64,000 nt of DNA, taken from Microbacterium sp. Lineage in GTDB: Bacteria > Actinomycetota > Actinomycetes > Actinomycetales > Microbacteriaceae. Location of the stretch: assembly GCF_026393345.1 (NCBI RefSeq), contig NZ_JAPLAI010000036.1, positions 218 through 64,217 on the forward strand, read 5' to 3'. The translations under genes and the position numbers were made by a program. Below the pieces are notes generated by a model. The model did no database searches. It saw only the letters and a list, made by a program, of their open reading frames with translations, and was not told the DNA's origin. Below, piece after piece: positions 29,550-38,972 of the stretch (positions are counted from its first letter, which is position 1; each line of letters starts with the position of its first letter).

Positions 29550-31058
29550 ATGCTCCGCCGAACCCTGGTCGCCGCCACAGCTCTCGTGGCCGCCGCCGCA
29601 CTGACCCTCACTGCCTGCTCCGGCACCGCACCGACGGAGGGCACCGGGTCGCCCGACCCCGACGCCTCCGTCGTGGTCCGGCTCGTGCTCGAACCGACCA
29701 ACCTCGACATCCGGCAGACGTCAGGCGCCGCCCTCGACCAGCTGCTGATCGACAACGTCTACCAGGGCCTGGTGTCTCGCACGCCGGAGCAGGAGATCGA
29801 GCCCGCGCTGGCGAGCGACTGGACCGTGTCCGACGACGGACTCACCTACACGTTCACCGTGCAGGACGGGGTGACCTTCCATGATGGCCAGGAGCTGACA
29901 CCCCAGGACGTCGTATGGTCGCTCACCCAGCACCGCGACAACGCGGACTGGGTCGACGCCAGCACCCTCGCGAAGGTCACCGGCATCGCGGCGGAGGGAC
30001 AGAACGTCACTCTGACACTGAGCGAGCCGGACTCGCAGCTGCTGTGGAACCTCTCCGGCCGCGCGGGCATCATCCTCAAGGAGGGCGACGGCGTCGACTA
30101 CCAGACCGCCGCCAACGGCACCGGTCCCTTCACGCTGACCGCATGGGCGCAGGGGGACAGCGTCACCCTCACCCGCTATGACGGGTACTGGGGCACGCCC
30201 TCGGAGGCGGCCGAGGTCATCTTCGACTACATCCCGGATAACCAGGCCGCGCTGAGCGCCGCGCTGGCCGGCGAACTCGACGTCGTCACCGGTCTCGCAC
30301 TCACCGCCGACATCGCCGATCAGCTCAGCGACGGGGGCGACTTCACGATCATCGAGGGCGAGTCGACCGACAAGGGCACCCTGGCGTTCAACCAGACCAC
30401 CGGTCCCCTCGCCGACCAGCGCGTGCGCCAGGCGATCCGGCAGGCCATCGACCACGAGGCGTTCGTCGAAGCGCTGGGCGGCTCGACGACCCTGTACGGT
30501 CCGATCCCTGCGCTCGACCCCGGCTACGAAGACCTCTCCGACGTGGCGCCGTACGACCCGGATGCGGCGGAGAAGCTGCTCGCCGACGCCGGCTACGAGG
30601 ACCTGACGCTGACCCTGACGATCCCGTCCTTCTACCCCACCACGATCGCGCAGCTGCTCGTCTCCGATCTCGATCAGGTCGGGATTACGCTCAAGGTCGA
30701 CTCCGTCGACTTCGCGACCTGGCTGCAGGACGTGTACACGAACAAGGACTACGAGCTGAGCTTCGTGCTGCACACCGAGGCACGCGACTTCGGCAACTGG
30801 GCCGATCCTGACTACTACTTCACCTACGACAACGCCGAGGTGCAGACGCTGTTCGCGCAGTCGCTGACCGCGACCAGCGACGAGGAGGCGGACGAGCTCC
30901 TCACCCGCGCGGCACGCATCGTCTCGGAGGATGCCGCCGCGGACTGGCTCTTCAACGGTCTGTCCCTGGTGGCAGTGGGCACGACGGTGAGCGGCATGCC
31001 GGCCGACAGCGTCAACGAGCGCTTGAACGTTGCGCAGCTGACCAAGAGCGACGGGTGA
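29550..31058 (+). CDS. ABC transporter substrate-binding lipoprotein (family 5)
   Basis: Lipobox LTAC, PALASDWTVSDDGLTYTF, GTGPF, RVRQAI. Confidence 0.93.
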   Translation: MLRRTLVAATALVAAAALTLTACSGTAPTEGTGSPDPDASVVVRLVLEPTNLDIRQTSGAALDQLLIDNVYQGLVSRTPEQEIEPALASDWTVSDDGLTYTFTVQDGVTFHDGQELTPQDVVWSLTQHRDNADWVDASTLAKVTGIAAEGQNVTLTLSEPDSQLLWNLSGRAGIILKEGDGVDYQTAANGTGPFTLTAWAQGDSVTLTRYDGYWGTPSEAAEVIFDYIPDNQAALSAALAGELDVVTGLALTADIADQLSDGGDFTIIEGESTDKGTLAFNQTTGPLADQRVRQAIRQAIDHEAFVEALGGSTTLYGPIPALDPGYEDLSDVAPYDPDAAEKLLADAGYEDLTLTLTIPSFYPTTIAQLLVSDLDQVGITLKVDSVDFATWLQDVYTNKDYELSFVLHTEARDFGNWADPDYYFTYDNAEVQTLFAQSLTATSDEEADELLTRAARIVSEDAAADWLFNGLSLVAVGTTVSGMPADSVNERLNVAQLTKSDG

Positions 31059-32005
31059 TCCGGTACGCGCTGACACGGCTGGCCCTGCTGGTGCTGGGCC
31101 TGTTCGTTGCCAGCGCGGTGATCTTCGCCACGCTGCGGCTGCTTCCGGGAAACGTGGCGCAGATGATCGCGGGCACGAATTCCTCCCCTGAGCAGGTCGC
31201 GGCCATCACCGATCGGCTCGGCCTCGACCGGCCATGGCCGGTGCAGTATGCGGAGTGGATCGGAGGCCTGCTGCACGGCGACCTCGGCTCATCGCTCATC
31301 ACCGGCACACCGGTGTCCGTGGAGATCGCCGCGAAGGCGGAGGTCACGCTCCCGCTCGGCGCGTTAGCCCTGCTCGTGGCGCTCGTGATCAGCATCCCGC
31401 TCGGCATCCTGTCGGCGGTGCGACGCACACATGCCTCCGGGACGGCGCTGGGCGTCGGCGCCCAGGCACTGGCCGCGGTGCCGGTGGTCTGGGCGGGCAT
31501 GATGCTCGTCGTCGTGTTCGCCGTGTGGCTCGGGTGGCTGCCCGCGCAGGGCTTCCCCCGCTCCGGCTGGGCGGATCCCGCCGCGGCGGTGCGCGCGCTG
31601 CTGCTGCCCGCGATCACCATCGGGATCGTGGAGGGCGCGATGCTGCTGCGCTTCGTGCGCAGCGCCACGCTGCAGGCGGTCGGGCAGGACTACGTCCGCA
31701 CCGCGGCGGCGAAGGGCCTGACCCGCACGCAGGCGCTGCTGCGCCACGGACTGCCGAACGTCGGGCTGTCCATCATCACGGTGCTGGGCCTGCAGATCGC
31801 CGGGATCGTGGTGGGCGCCGTCGTCATCGAGCAGCTGTTCGCCCTCCCCGGTATCGGACGGATGCTGGTGGCCGACGTCGCCGCCCGGGACCTCCCCAAG
31901 GTGCAGGGAGAGCTCCTGGCCCTCACCGCGTTCGTGCTCGTCATCGGATTCCTCGTGGACCTGGTGCATCGCGCCATCGACCCCCGGCAGCGGGAGGCCG
32001 CATGA
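31055..32005 (+). CDS. ABC permease (DppB/OppB-like)
   Basis: GDLGSS, QDYVRTAAAKGL, IEQLFALPGIG. Confidence 0.93.
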   Translation: MIRYALTRLALLVLGLFVASAVIFATLRLLPGNVAQMIAGTNSSPEQVAAITDRLGLDRPWPVQYAEWIGGLLHGDLGSSLITGTPVSVEIAAKAEVTLPLGALALLVALVISIPLGILSAVRRTHASGTALGVGAQALAAVPVVWAGMMLVVVFAVWLGWLPAQGFPRSGWADPAAAVRALLLPAITIGIVEGAMLLRFVRSATLQAVGQDYVRTAAAKGLTRTQALLRHGLPNVGLSIITVLGLQIAGIVVGAVVIEQLFALPGIGRMLVADVAARDLPKVQGELLALTAFVLVIGFLVDLVHRAIDPRQREAA

Positions 32006-32910
32006 GCGCCGCCGGAGGGACGACGGGCCGCCGCCCGCGACTCAGCACGCTGCAACGCCTCTGGCAGCTCCCGACCGGGCGCTTCGGACTCATCGTGGTG
32101 GCTCTCATCCTCCTCACCGCCGCGGTGTCGCTGGTGTGGACCCCGTTCGACCCGCAGCGCACGGACGTGCCGAGCCGGTGGGCGGGTCCCAGCTGGCCGC
32201 ACGTGCTCGGCACCGATGCCACCGGCCGCGATATCGCGAGTCTCCTGATGGTGGGCGCCCGCACGACCGTCCTGGTGGCCGTGGGAGCCGGGGTGATCGC
32301 CACCCTTCTCGGTCTCGCCCTCGCCTCGCTCGGCGCGCTGACCGTCCGGGCGGTGCGCGAGACCGTCGCCGTCGTGGTCGACATCCTCATCGCCTTCCCG
32401 GTGCTGCTGATCGCCATGATGATCGCCGCCGTCTGGGGCGGGTCGCTCTGGGTGGTGGTGTGGGCTGTCGGCATCGGCTTCGGCGTGAACGTTGCCCGGG
32501 TCACCCGGCCGGAGCTGCGCCGGGTGCTGCACAGCGAGTTCGTGCTGGCCGGACGTGCCTCCGGGCTCACCACGGCGCAGAACCTCGTGCGGCACCTCCT
32601 GCCGAACGTCGCGCCGGTGTTCATCGTGCAGCTGTCCTGGGGCATGGCCGTCGCGGTGCTCGCCGAGGCCGGCCTCTCCTACCTCGGCTTCGGGGCGCCC
32701 GTGACCCAGCCCTCGTGGGGGCTCCTGCTCGCCCAGTTGCAGCAGTATCTGACCGCGCATCCGCTCTCGGTGGTGTGGCCGGGACTCGCGATCGCCGTGT
32801 CGGTCCTGGGCCTGAACCTCCTCGGCGACGGCCTGCGCGATGCCACCGACCCCACCCTCTCCCGCGCACGCAGCGCGGCCCGCACGCACATCCCGGAGGT
32901 GGTCTCGTGA
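32002..32910 (+). CDS. ABC permease (DppC/OppC-like)
   Basis: HVLGTDATGRD, HLLPN, EAGLSYLG, GDGLRD. Confidence 0.93.
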   Translation: MSAAGGTTGRRPRLSTLQRLWQLPTGRFGLIVVALILLTAAVSLVWTPFDPQRTDVPSRWAGPSWPHVLGTDATGRDIASLLMVGARTTVLVAVGAGVIATLLGLALASLGALTVRAVRETVAVVVDILIAFPVLLIAMMIAAVWGGSLWVVVWAVGIGFGVNVARVTRPELRRVLHSEFVLAGRASGLTTAQNLVRHLLPNVAPVFIVQLSWGMAVAVLAEAGLSYLGFGAPVTQPSWGLLLAQLQQYLTAHPLSVVWPGLAIAVSVLGLNLLGDGLRDATDPTLSRARSAARTHIPEVVS

Positions 32911-33707
32911 GCCTGCAGGTGCGGGACCTCGTCGTCGACATCGATGGGCAGCGGGTCGTGGACGGGGTCTCGTTCGATGTCCCGGAGGGCGCCCGCCTCG
33001 GTCTCATCGGCGAATCCGGCTCGGGCAAGTCGCTGACCGCGCTCGCGATCCTCGGGCTCCTGCCCGACGGCGCCACCGCATCCGGCAGCGTGCGGTGGGA
33101 CGGGCGCGAGATCCTGGGCCTGTCCGAACGGGAACTCGCCGGCCTCCGCGGCGACGAGCTCGGCATCGTGTTCCAGGAACCGCAGACCTCACTGAACCCC
33201 ATCCGCACCGTCGGCCGGCAGATCGCGGAATCCGTCCGCATCCATCACCGGGTGGACCGCGCCACCGCCCGCGCGCGTGCCGTGGAAGAGGCACGTCGCG
33301 TGCAGCTGCCCGACCCGGAGAACCTCGTCCGCCGGTACCCGCACCAGCTGTCCGGCGGACAGCGTCAGCGGGTGGCGATCGCGATCGCGTTGGCAGCCGG
33401 CCCGCGCCTGCTCATCGCCGACGAGCCCACGACAGCGCTCGACGTCACGATCCAGGCGGAGATCCTCGACCTGCTGTCCGGCCTCGTGGCGGATGCGGGC
33501 ATGTCGCTGGTGTTCATCACGCACGATCTGGCGGTGCTGTCGCAGATCGCCACGCACGGCATCGTGCTCGAGCACGGCCGTGTCGTCGAGAGCGCGCCGG
33601 TGGCACAGCTGCTCACCGCCCCGCGCTCGATCGTGACGCAGGGACTGCTGCGGGATGCGACCGCGACCCTGTGGCGCCCCGAGGGCCGCGAGGGGAGGCA
33701 GCGATGA
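32907..33707 (+). CDS. ABC ATP-binding protein (DppD-like)
   Basis: GESGSGKS, LSGGQRQR, IADEPTTALD, ITHD. Confidence 0.93.
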   Translation: MSLQVRDLVVDIDGQRVVDGVSFDVPEGARLGLIGESGSGKSLTALAILGLLPDGATASGSVRWDGREILGLSERELAGLRGDELGIVFQEPQTSLNPIRTVGRQIAESVRIHHRVDRATARARAVEEARRVQLPDPENLVRRYPHQLSGGQRQRVAIAIALAAGPRLLIADEPTTALDVTIQAEILDLLSGLVADAGMSLVFITHDLAVLSQIATHGIVLEHGRVVESAPVAQLLTAPRSIVTQGLLRDATATLWRPEGREGRQR

Positions 33708-34448
33708 GCGAGCTGCTCCGCGCCCGCGGACTGACCAAGCGCTTCCCGGCTCGACGTTGACGAGGGCACCGCACTCGGCATCATCGGCGAGTCGGGCAGC
33801 GGGAAATCGACGCTCGTGCGACTGCTGCTCGGTCTCGACTCCCCCACCGCGGGCAGCGTCACATTCGACGGCGCACCGGTCGATGCCCGCGCCTCGGCGC
33901 GCGCGCTGCACTGGGTGCGGCGGCAGACGGGCATCGTCTTCCAGGATCCGTACGCCTCCCTCGACCCGCGCATGTCGGTGGGCCGGATCATCGGCGAGCC
34001 GCTGTGGGCGCTCGACATCCCGGGCGACCGCCGTGCACGCGTGCGCGACGTCCTCACGCATGTGGGGCTCGGAGCGGGCGCCGCCGACCGCTACCCGCAC
34101 GAGTTCTCCGGCGGCCAGCGTCAGCGCATCGCTCTCGCCCGCGCGATCGTGCACCGGCCGCGGCTGCTCGTGGGTGACGAACCACTCTCGGCGCTGGATG
34201 TCACGGTCCGCGCGCAGATCCTCGCCCTCATCGCCGAGCTGCGGGCGGAGGGCGCGCTGACCCTCGTCATGGTGTCGCACGACATCGGGGTGGTGCAGAA
34301 CCTCTGCGATGACGTCGTGGTCATGAAGGACGGCGCCGTCGTCGAGGAGGGCCCGACCGAGAAGGTGCTGTTGCAGCCGCAGGCCGCGTACACGCGCCGT
34401 CTGCTCGCCTCGATCCCGACGATCGACCCCGGCGCGACCGCTCCCTGA
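33704..34448 (+). pseudogene. ABC ATP-binding protein (DppF-like), frameshifted near 33749
   Basis: MSELLRARGLTKRFPA stops at 33760; LDVDEGTALGIIGESGSGKST...FSGGQRQR...VGDEP continues in another frame. Confidence 0.8.
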
Positions 34449-34470
34449 ACCGGCCGCATCCGCCCCCGCC

Positions 34471-34556
34471 CGTCGTCGGATTCGGAGATGTCACGAGATT
34501 CGGAGGGGATGCCGGCATCCGCGCCGAATCTCGCCGCATCCCCGAATCTCGCGACG
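34471..34556. repeat. Palindromic REP-like element
   Basis: GATTCGGAG x2 (34479, 34497), central GGATGCCGGCATCC, CCGAATCTCG x2 (34524, 34542). Confidence 0.8.
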
Positions 34557-34583
34557 CAGCGCCGCGCCGCGCAGGAGTCGCGG

Positions 34584-35207
34584 TCAGCGGTCCTCGTCGG
34601 CGTCGCGGCCGAACAATCGCCGCTTTCTCGCCGGTTTCAGCGACTTCTGCAGGTAGACGGTGCCGAGCCAGCGTCCGAACTTGAAGCCGACGCGTCCCAT
34701 CCGACCGACCTCGGTGAACCCGAGCCGCTCGTGCAGCGCGATCGAGGCCTCGGCGCCCTTGTCGCTGATGACCGCGACCAGTTCACGGATCCCTCGCTCC
34801 TCGCACGCCTCGATGAGCGCCTGCAGCAGCGCACGCCCGAGTCCCTTGCCGGATGCGGCCTGCCCGAGGTAGATGGAGTCCTCCACGGTGTACCGATACG
34901 CCGACTTACCCGCCCACGGCTGCACCAGTGCGTAGCCGAGGATCTGCCCGGTCGGTGACTGCGCCACGAGGAACGGCAGGCCGAGCTTGTGGAGGTGGTC
35001 GTATTTCTCCCGCCACTTCGCGAGCGACCACTTCTTCTCATCGAACGTGACCACGGAGTTCGTCACGTAGTAGTTGTAGATCTCGCGGATGTCCGGGATG
35101 TCGCGCGGCTGCACCGGTCGGATCTCGTAGGCGAACTCCGGTGCCGGCGGCACGGTGCGCAGGTGGCGGGGTAGTCGCCGGCGCTTCTCGTATTCCTCCT
35201 CGAGCAT
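34584..35207 (-). CDS. GNAT N-acetyltransferase (YncA/phosphinothricin-AT-like)
   Basis: IYNYYVTNSVVTFD, AYRYTVEDSIYL, GKGLG, GFKFGRW. Confidence 0.92.
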   Translation of the reverse strand: MLEEEYEKRRRLPRHLRTVPPAPEFAYEIRPVQPRDIPDIREIYNYYVTNSVVTFDEKKWSLAKWREKYDHLHKLGLPFLVAQSPTGQILGYALVQPWAGKSAYRYTVEDSIYLGQAASGKGLGRALLQALIEACEERGIRELVAVISDKGAEASIALHERLGFTEVGRMGRVGFKFGRWLGTVYLQKSLKPARKRRLFGRDADEDR

Positions 35208-35217
35208 GGCGATCAGC

Positions 35218-35910
35218 CTACGACGCAATCCGCCAGTCGACGGGGTCAGCGCCCTGTTCCTGCAGCAGCGCGTTGACCCGCGAGAACGGCCGGGAGCCGA
35301 AGAATCCGCGGCTCGCAGACAGAGGTGACGGATGCGGCGACTCGACCACAGGGGTATCGCCGAGGAGCGGCCGGAGGTTCCGCGCGTCATTGCCCCACAG
35401 GACCGCGACCAGCGGTTCGTCCCGGGCGACGAGGGTGCGGATCGCGTGCTCGGTGACCTTCTCCCATCCCCAGCCGCGGTGGGATGCGGGGGCGCCGGGC
35501 GCCACCGTGAGCACGCGGTTCAGCAGCATGACGCCCTGGTCGCTCCAGCGGGACAGATCACCGTGCGGGGCGGGCGGGATGCCCAGGTCGTCGTCGAGTT
35601 CGCGGTAGATGTTCGCGAGGCTGCGCGGCAGCGGCCGGACGTGGGCGTCGACCGCGAACGACAGCCCGATCGGGTGGCCCGGGGTGGGGTACGGGTCCTG
35701 CCCGACGATGAGGACGCGCACCAGGTCCAGCGGCCGCTGGAAGGCGCGCAGCACCCGCTCTCCCTCCGGCAGGTAGCGGCGTCCGGCCGCGACCTCGGCG
35801 CGCAAACGTTCCCCGAGGGCGGCGATGTCCCCCGCGACCGGTTCCAGTGCGGTCGCCCAGCCCGGATCGATCAGGCCGTCCGCGGCGAGTTCGGGCAGGC
35901 TTCGTGCCAT
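35218..35910 (-). CDS. ung: Uracil-DNA glycosylase (family 1)
   Basis: [24 protein letters not shown]. Confidence 0.96.
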   Translation of the reverse strand: MARSLPELAADGLIDPGWATALEPVAGDIAALGERLRAEVAAGRRYLPEGERVLRAFQRPLDLVRVLIVGQDPYPTPGHPIGLSFAVDAHVRPLPRSLANIYRELDDDLGIPPAPHGDLSRWSDQGVMLLNRVLTVAPGAPASHRGWGWEKVTEHAIRTLVARDEPLVAVLWGNDARNLRPLLGDTPVVESPHPSPLSASRGFFGSRPFSRVNALLQEQGADPVDWRIAS

Positions 35911-35914
35911 GGGA

Positions 35915-36427
35915 TCAGGCGGAGCCGACGAGCCCGGCGTCCTCTTCGAGGACGGTTCCCTGCCACGACCAGGGGAAGTCGATCCACAGGTCCGTGGCCT
36001 TCCACGCATAGTCGGGCTGGATGATCGTGGTCGGCTTCGTGTAGATGACGGCCGAACGCACCTCGGCGCCCTGCTCGGTGAGCAGGCGCACCGCGAGGTC
36101 GAGGGTGCGGCCGCTGTCGGCGACGTCATCCACGAGCAGCACGCGACGGCCGTTCAGGTACGTCATGTCGAGCTCGGGGGGCAGCAGCTCCGGTGCGTCC
36201 AGCACCGTGCCGATGCCGGTGTAGAACTCCACGTTGATGGCGCCGCAGTTCTTGATGCCGAGGCCGTACGCGATGGACCCGGCCGGCAGCAGTCCGCCGC
36301 GGGCGATGGCGACGACCACCTCCGGCACGAAACCGTCCGCGATGATGGCGCGTGCGATGTCTCGCGACGCCTCGCCGAATCCGTCCCAGCTGAGATGTTC
36401 GCGCTCCTGCGCCACCGCTTCACTCAC
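35915..36427 (-). CDS. Type I phosphoribosyltransferase
   Basis: [24 protein letters not shown]. Confidence 0.92.
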   Translation of the reverse strand: MSEAVAQEREHLSWDGFGEASRDIARAIIADGFVPEVVVAIARGGLLPAGSIAYGLGIKNCGAINVEFYTGIGTVLDAPELLPPELDMTYLNGRRVLLVDDVADSGRTLDLAVRLLTEQGAEVRSAVIYTKPTTIIQPDYAWKATDLWIDFPWSWQGTVLEEDAGLVGSA

Positions 36428-36474
36428 GGCACCAGCCTAGTTGCGCGCCGCGCCCGTCACACGCCGCGGCGGCC

Positions 36475-37254
36475 TCAGCCCTCGCGGACGTGCAGCGGCC
36501 CGCGGGCGAGCAGGTGCTGGGCGGACTGGGCGACCGGGCGCACGGTCACGAGGTCGAGGTTCACGTGTCCGGGCGCGTCCAGGGCGTAGGCGATGACGTC
36601 GGCGATGTCCTCGGCGGTGAGCGGGTTCTCCACGCCGTCGTAGACGGACTCGGCCGCCGCGGTGTCACCGCCCAGGCGCCGCAGCGAGAACTCCTCGGTC
36701 CGCACCATACCCGGGGCGATCTCGCTCACCCGGATCGGTTCGCCGTTCAGCTCCAGACGCAGCGCCTTCACGAGCATCGCCTCTGCCGCCTTGGCGGCGT
36801 TGTACCCGCCGCCGCCCTGATAGGCGGTCTGCGCGGCGGTGGAGGTGACGAACAGGGTGTCCGCGTGGCCGTCGGATGCGGCGGCCCGGCGCAGCAGCGG
36901 CAGCAGGTGCGCCACGAGTCGCTGCGTGGAGAGGACGTTCGCCTCGAACATCCACCGCCACTGCTCCGCGTCGCCATCCTCGATCCGGTCGGCGCCGCGC
37001 GCCCCGCCGGCGATCTGCACCAGCGCGTGAACCGGGCCCGACTCGGCGAGCCAGACGGCGAGCGCGTCGACGTCGCCCTCGACCGTGAGGTCTGCGGCGA
37101 ACGCCACGGCGCCGGTCTCGGCTTCGAGGGCCTGCAGCCGGTCGGCGCGTCGCGCCACGGCGACGACGTCCCAGCCGCGGGCACGCAGCATCCGTGCCGT
37201 CGCCTCGCCGATCCCCGAGCTTGCCCCCGTCACAACCGCGCGTCTGGTCACCAT
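36475..37254 (-). CDS. SDR oxidoreductase (YdfG-like)
   Basis: TGASSGIG, YNAAK, IAPGMVRT. Confidence 0.92.
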   Translation of the reverse strand: MVTRRAVVTGASSGIGEATARMLRARGWDVVAVARRADRLQALEAETGAVAFAADLTVEGDVDALAVWLAESGPVHALVQIAGGARGADRIEDGDAEQWRWMFEANVLSTQRLVAHLLPLLRRAAASDGHADTLFVTSTAAQTAYQGGGGYNAAKAAEAMLVKALRLELNGEPIRVSEIAPGMVRTEEFSLRRLGGDTAAAESVYDGVENPLTAEDIADVIAYALDAPGHVNLDLVTVRPVAQSAQHLLARGPLHVREG

Positions 37255-37391
37255 GGTTCCACCGTAACCGGGCACCGTTCCGAGCGTGTTACGCACCGTG
37301 TCCGAGGCATTGTCGCCCGCCCCCCGCATCCGTAGTGTCGGGGATGGCCGCGACACCCGCCGCGGGACCCATGAGCTTTCAGGAGAACGCA

Positions 37392-38714
37392 ATGTCCGCA
37401 CCCGAGAACTGGCGGTTCGAGACCAAGCAGGTCCACTCCGGCGCAGCGCCCGACCCGGTCACCAAGGCCCGTGCGACCCCGATCTACCAGACCACGTCGT
37501 ACGTCTTCGACAACGCTGACCATGCCGCGAACCTGTTCGCCCTGGCCGAGTTCGGCAACATCTACACCCGCATCCAGAACCCCACGCAGGATGTCGTCGA
37601 GCAGCGCGTCGCGGCGCTCGAGGGCGGCACCGGCGCACTGCTCGTCTCGTCGGGTCAGGCTGCGGAGACCTTCGCCGTCCTGAACATCGCGCAGGCCGGC
37701 GACCACATCGTCTCGTCCAGCTCGATCTACGGCGGCACGTACAACCTGTTCAAGTACACGCTGGCCAAGCTCGGCATCGAGACCACGTTCGTGGAGAACC
37801 AGGACGACCCCGAGGAGTGGCGCCGCGCGGTCCGCCCGAACACGAAGCTGTTCTTCGCGGAGACCATCGGCAACCCGCAGATCAACGTGCTCGACATCCG
37901 CACGGTCGCGGACGTCGCCCACGAGTCCGGTGTGCCGCTCATCGTCGACAACACGATCGCGACGCCCTACCTCATCCGTCCGTTCGAGCACGGTGCCGAC
38001 ATCATCGTGCACTCGGCCACGAAGTTCCTCGGCGGTCACGGCACCACCATCGGCGGCGTCATCGTCGACGGCGGCACCTTCGCCTGGTCGCAGAACGTGG
38101 ACAAGTTCCCGGGCCTCACCGAGCCCGACCCCTCCTACCACGGCGCGAGCTACACCACCGCGGTCGGCGACGGCCTGGCCTACATCATCAAGGCCCGCGT
38201 GCAGCTGCTGCGCGACCTCGGCTCCTCGATCGCGCCGAACAGCGCGTGGCTGCTCATCCAGGGCATCGAGACGCTGTCGCTGCGCATCGAGCGTCACGTG
38301 CAGAACGCGCAGGAGGTCGCCGAGTGGCTCGAGAGCCGCGACGACGTCGCCTCGGTGAACTACTCCGGCCTGCCGACCTCGCCCTGGTACGCCGCTGCGA
38401 ACAAGTACGCCCCCAAGGGTGTCGGTGCGGTGCTGTCGTTCGAGCTCAAGGGCGGTGTCGAGGCCGGTCGCGAGTTCGTGAACAGCCTGAAGCTGTTCAG
38501 CCACCTTGCCAACATCGGTGACGTGCGCTCGCTCGTGATCCACCCCGCATCCACCACCCACTCGCAGCTGACGCCCGAGCAGCAGCTCACCGCCGGGGTC
38601 ACCCCGGGCCTGGTGCGCCTGTCGGTCGGCATCGAGAACGTGGCCGACCTCAAGGCCGACCTGGAGCAGGCGCTCGACGCCGCGCGCCGGGTCGTGGAGG
38701 CTGCGCGCGCCTGA
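37392..38714 (+). CDS. metY: O-acetylhomoserine/O-acetylserine sulfhydrylase
   Basis: PIYQTTSY, YTRIQNPT, HSATKFLGGHG, HLANIGD; AGGAG RBS. Confidence 0.93.
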   Translation: MSAPENWRFETKQVHSGAAPDPVTKARATPIYQTTSYVFDNADHAANLFALAEFGNIYTRIQNPTQDVVEQRVAALEGGTGALLVSSGQAAETFAVLNIAQAGDHIVSSSSIYGGTYNLFKYTLAKLGIETTFVENQDDPEEWRRAVRPNTKLFFAETIGNPQINVLDIRTVADVAHESGVPLIVDNTIATPYLIRPFEHGADIIVHSATKFLGGHGTTIGGVIVDGGTFAWSQNVDKFPGLTEPDPSYHGASYTTAVGDGLAYIIKARVQLLRDLGSSIAPNSAWLLIQGIETLSLRIERHVQNAQEVAEWLESRDDVASVNYSGLPTSPWYAAANKYAPKGVGAVLSFELKGGVEAGREFVNSLKLFSHLANIGDVRSLVIHPASTTHSQLTPEQQLTAGVTPGLVRLSVGIENVADLKADLEQALDAARRVVEAARA

Positions 38715-38727
38715 CGCCCGCCGCATC

Positions 38728-38773
38728 CGGATGCCCCGCGACCCCTCCCGGGTGGCGGGGCATCCGCCGTTTT
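38728..38773 (+). terminator. Intrinsic terminator after metY
   Basis: CGGATGCCCCGC...GCGGGGCATCCG stem followed by a T run. Confidence 0.7.
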
Positions 38774-38801
38774 CCGGCGCGTCCTTCCCCACCTCGGTGC
38801 C

Positions 38802-38877
38802 CATGTCCCACTTTCTGCAGAACATGTCCCACTTTCTGCCGGAATAGGCCGTCCATAACGGCAGAAAGTGGGACATG
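38802..38877. repeat. REP-like element: two direct and one inverted 17-mer
   Basis: CATGTCCCACTTTCTGC at 38802 and 38823; reverse complement at 38861-38877. Confidence 0.92.
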
Positions 38878-38972
38878 GATGCGGGGACGCGGCGCGTTCC
38901 CGCCGGACCCGGATGCGGCAGGCCGACGTAACACGGACGCCGGGGCGCAGCCGCTCCGGGAGAATGGGCGCT

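Noticed and set aside
37255-37391. SAM riboswitch before metY
   Set aside because: Short divergent gap with no recognisable SAM-I/IV elements
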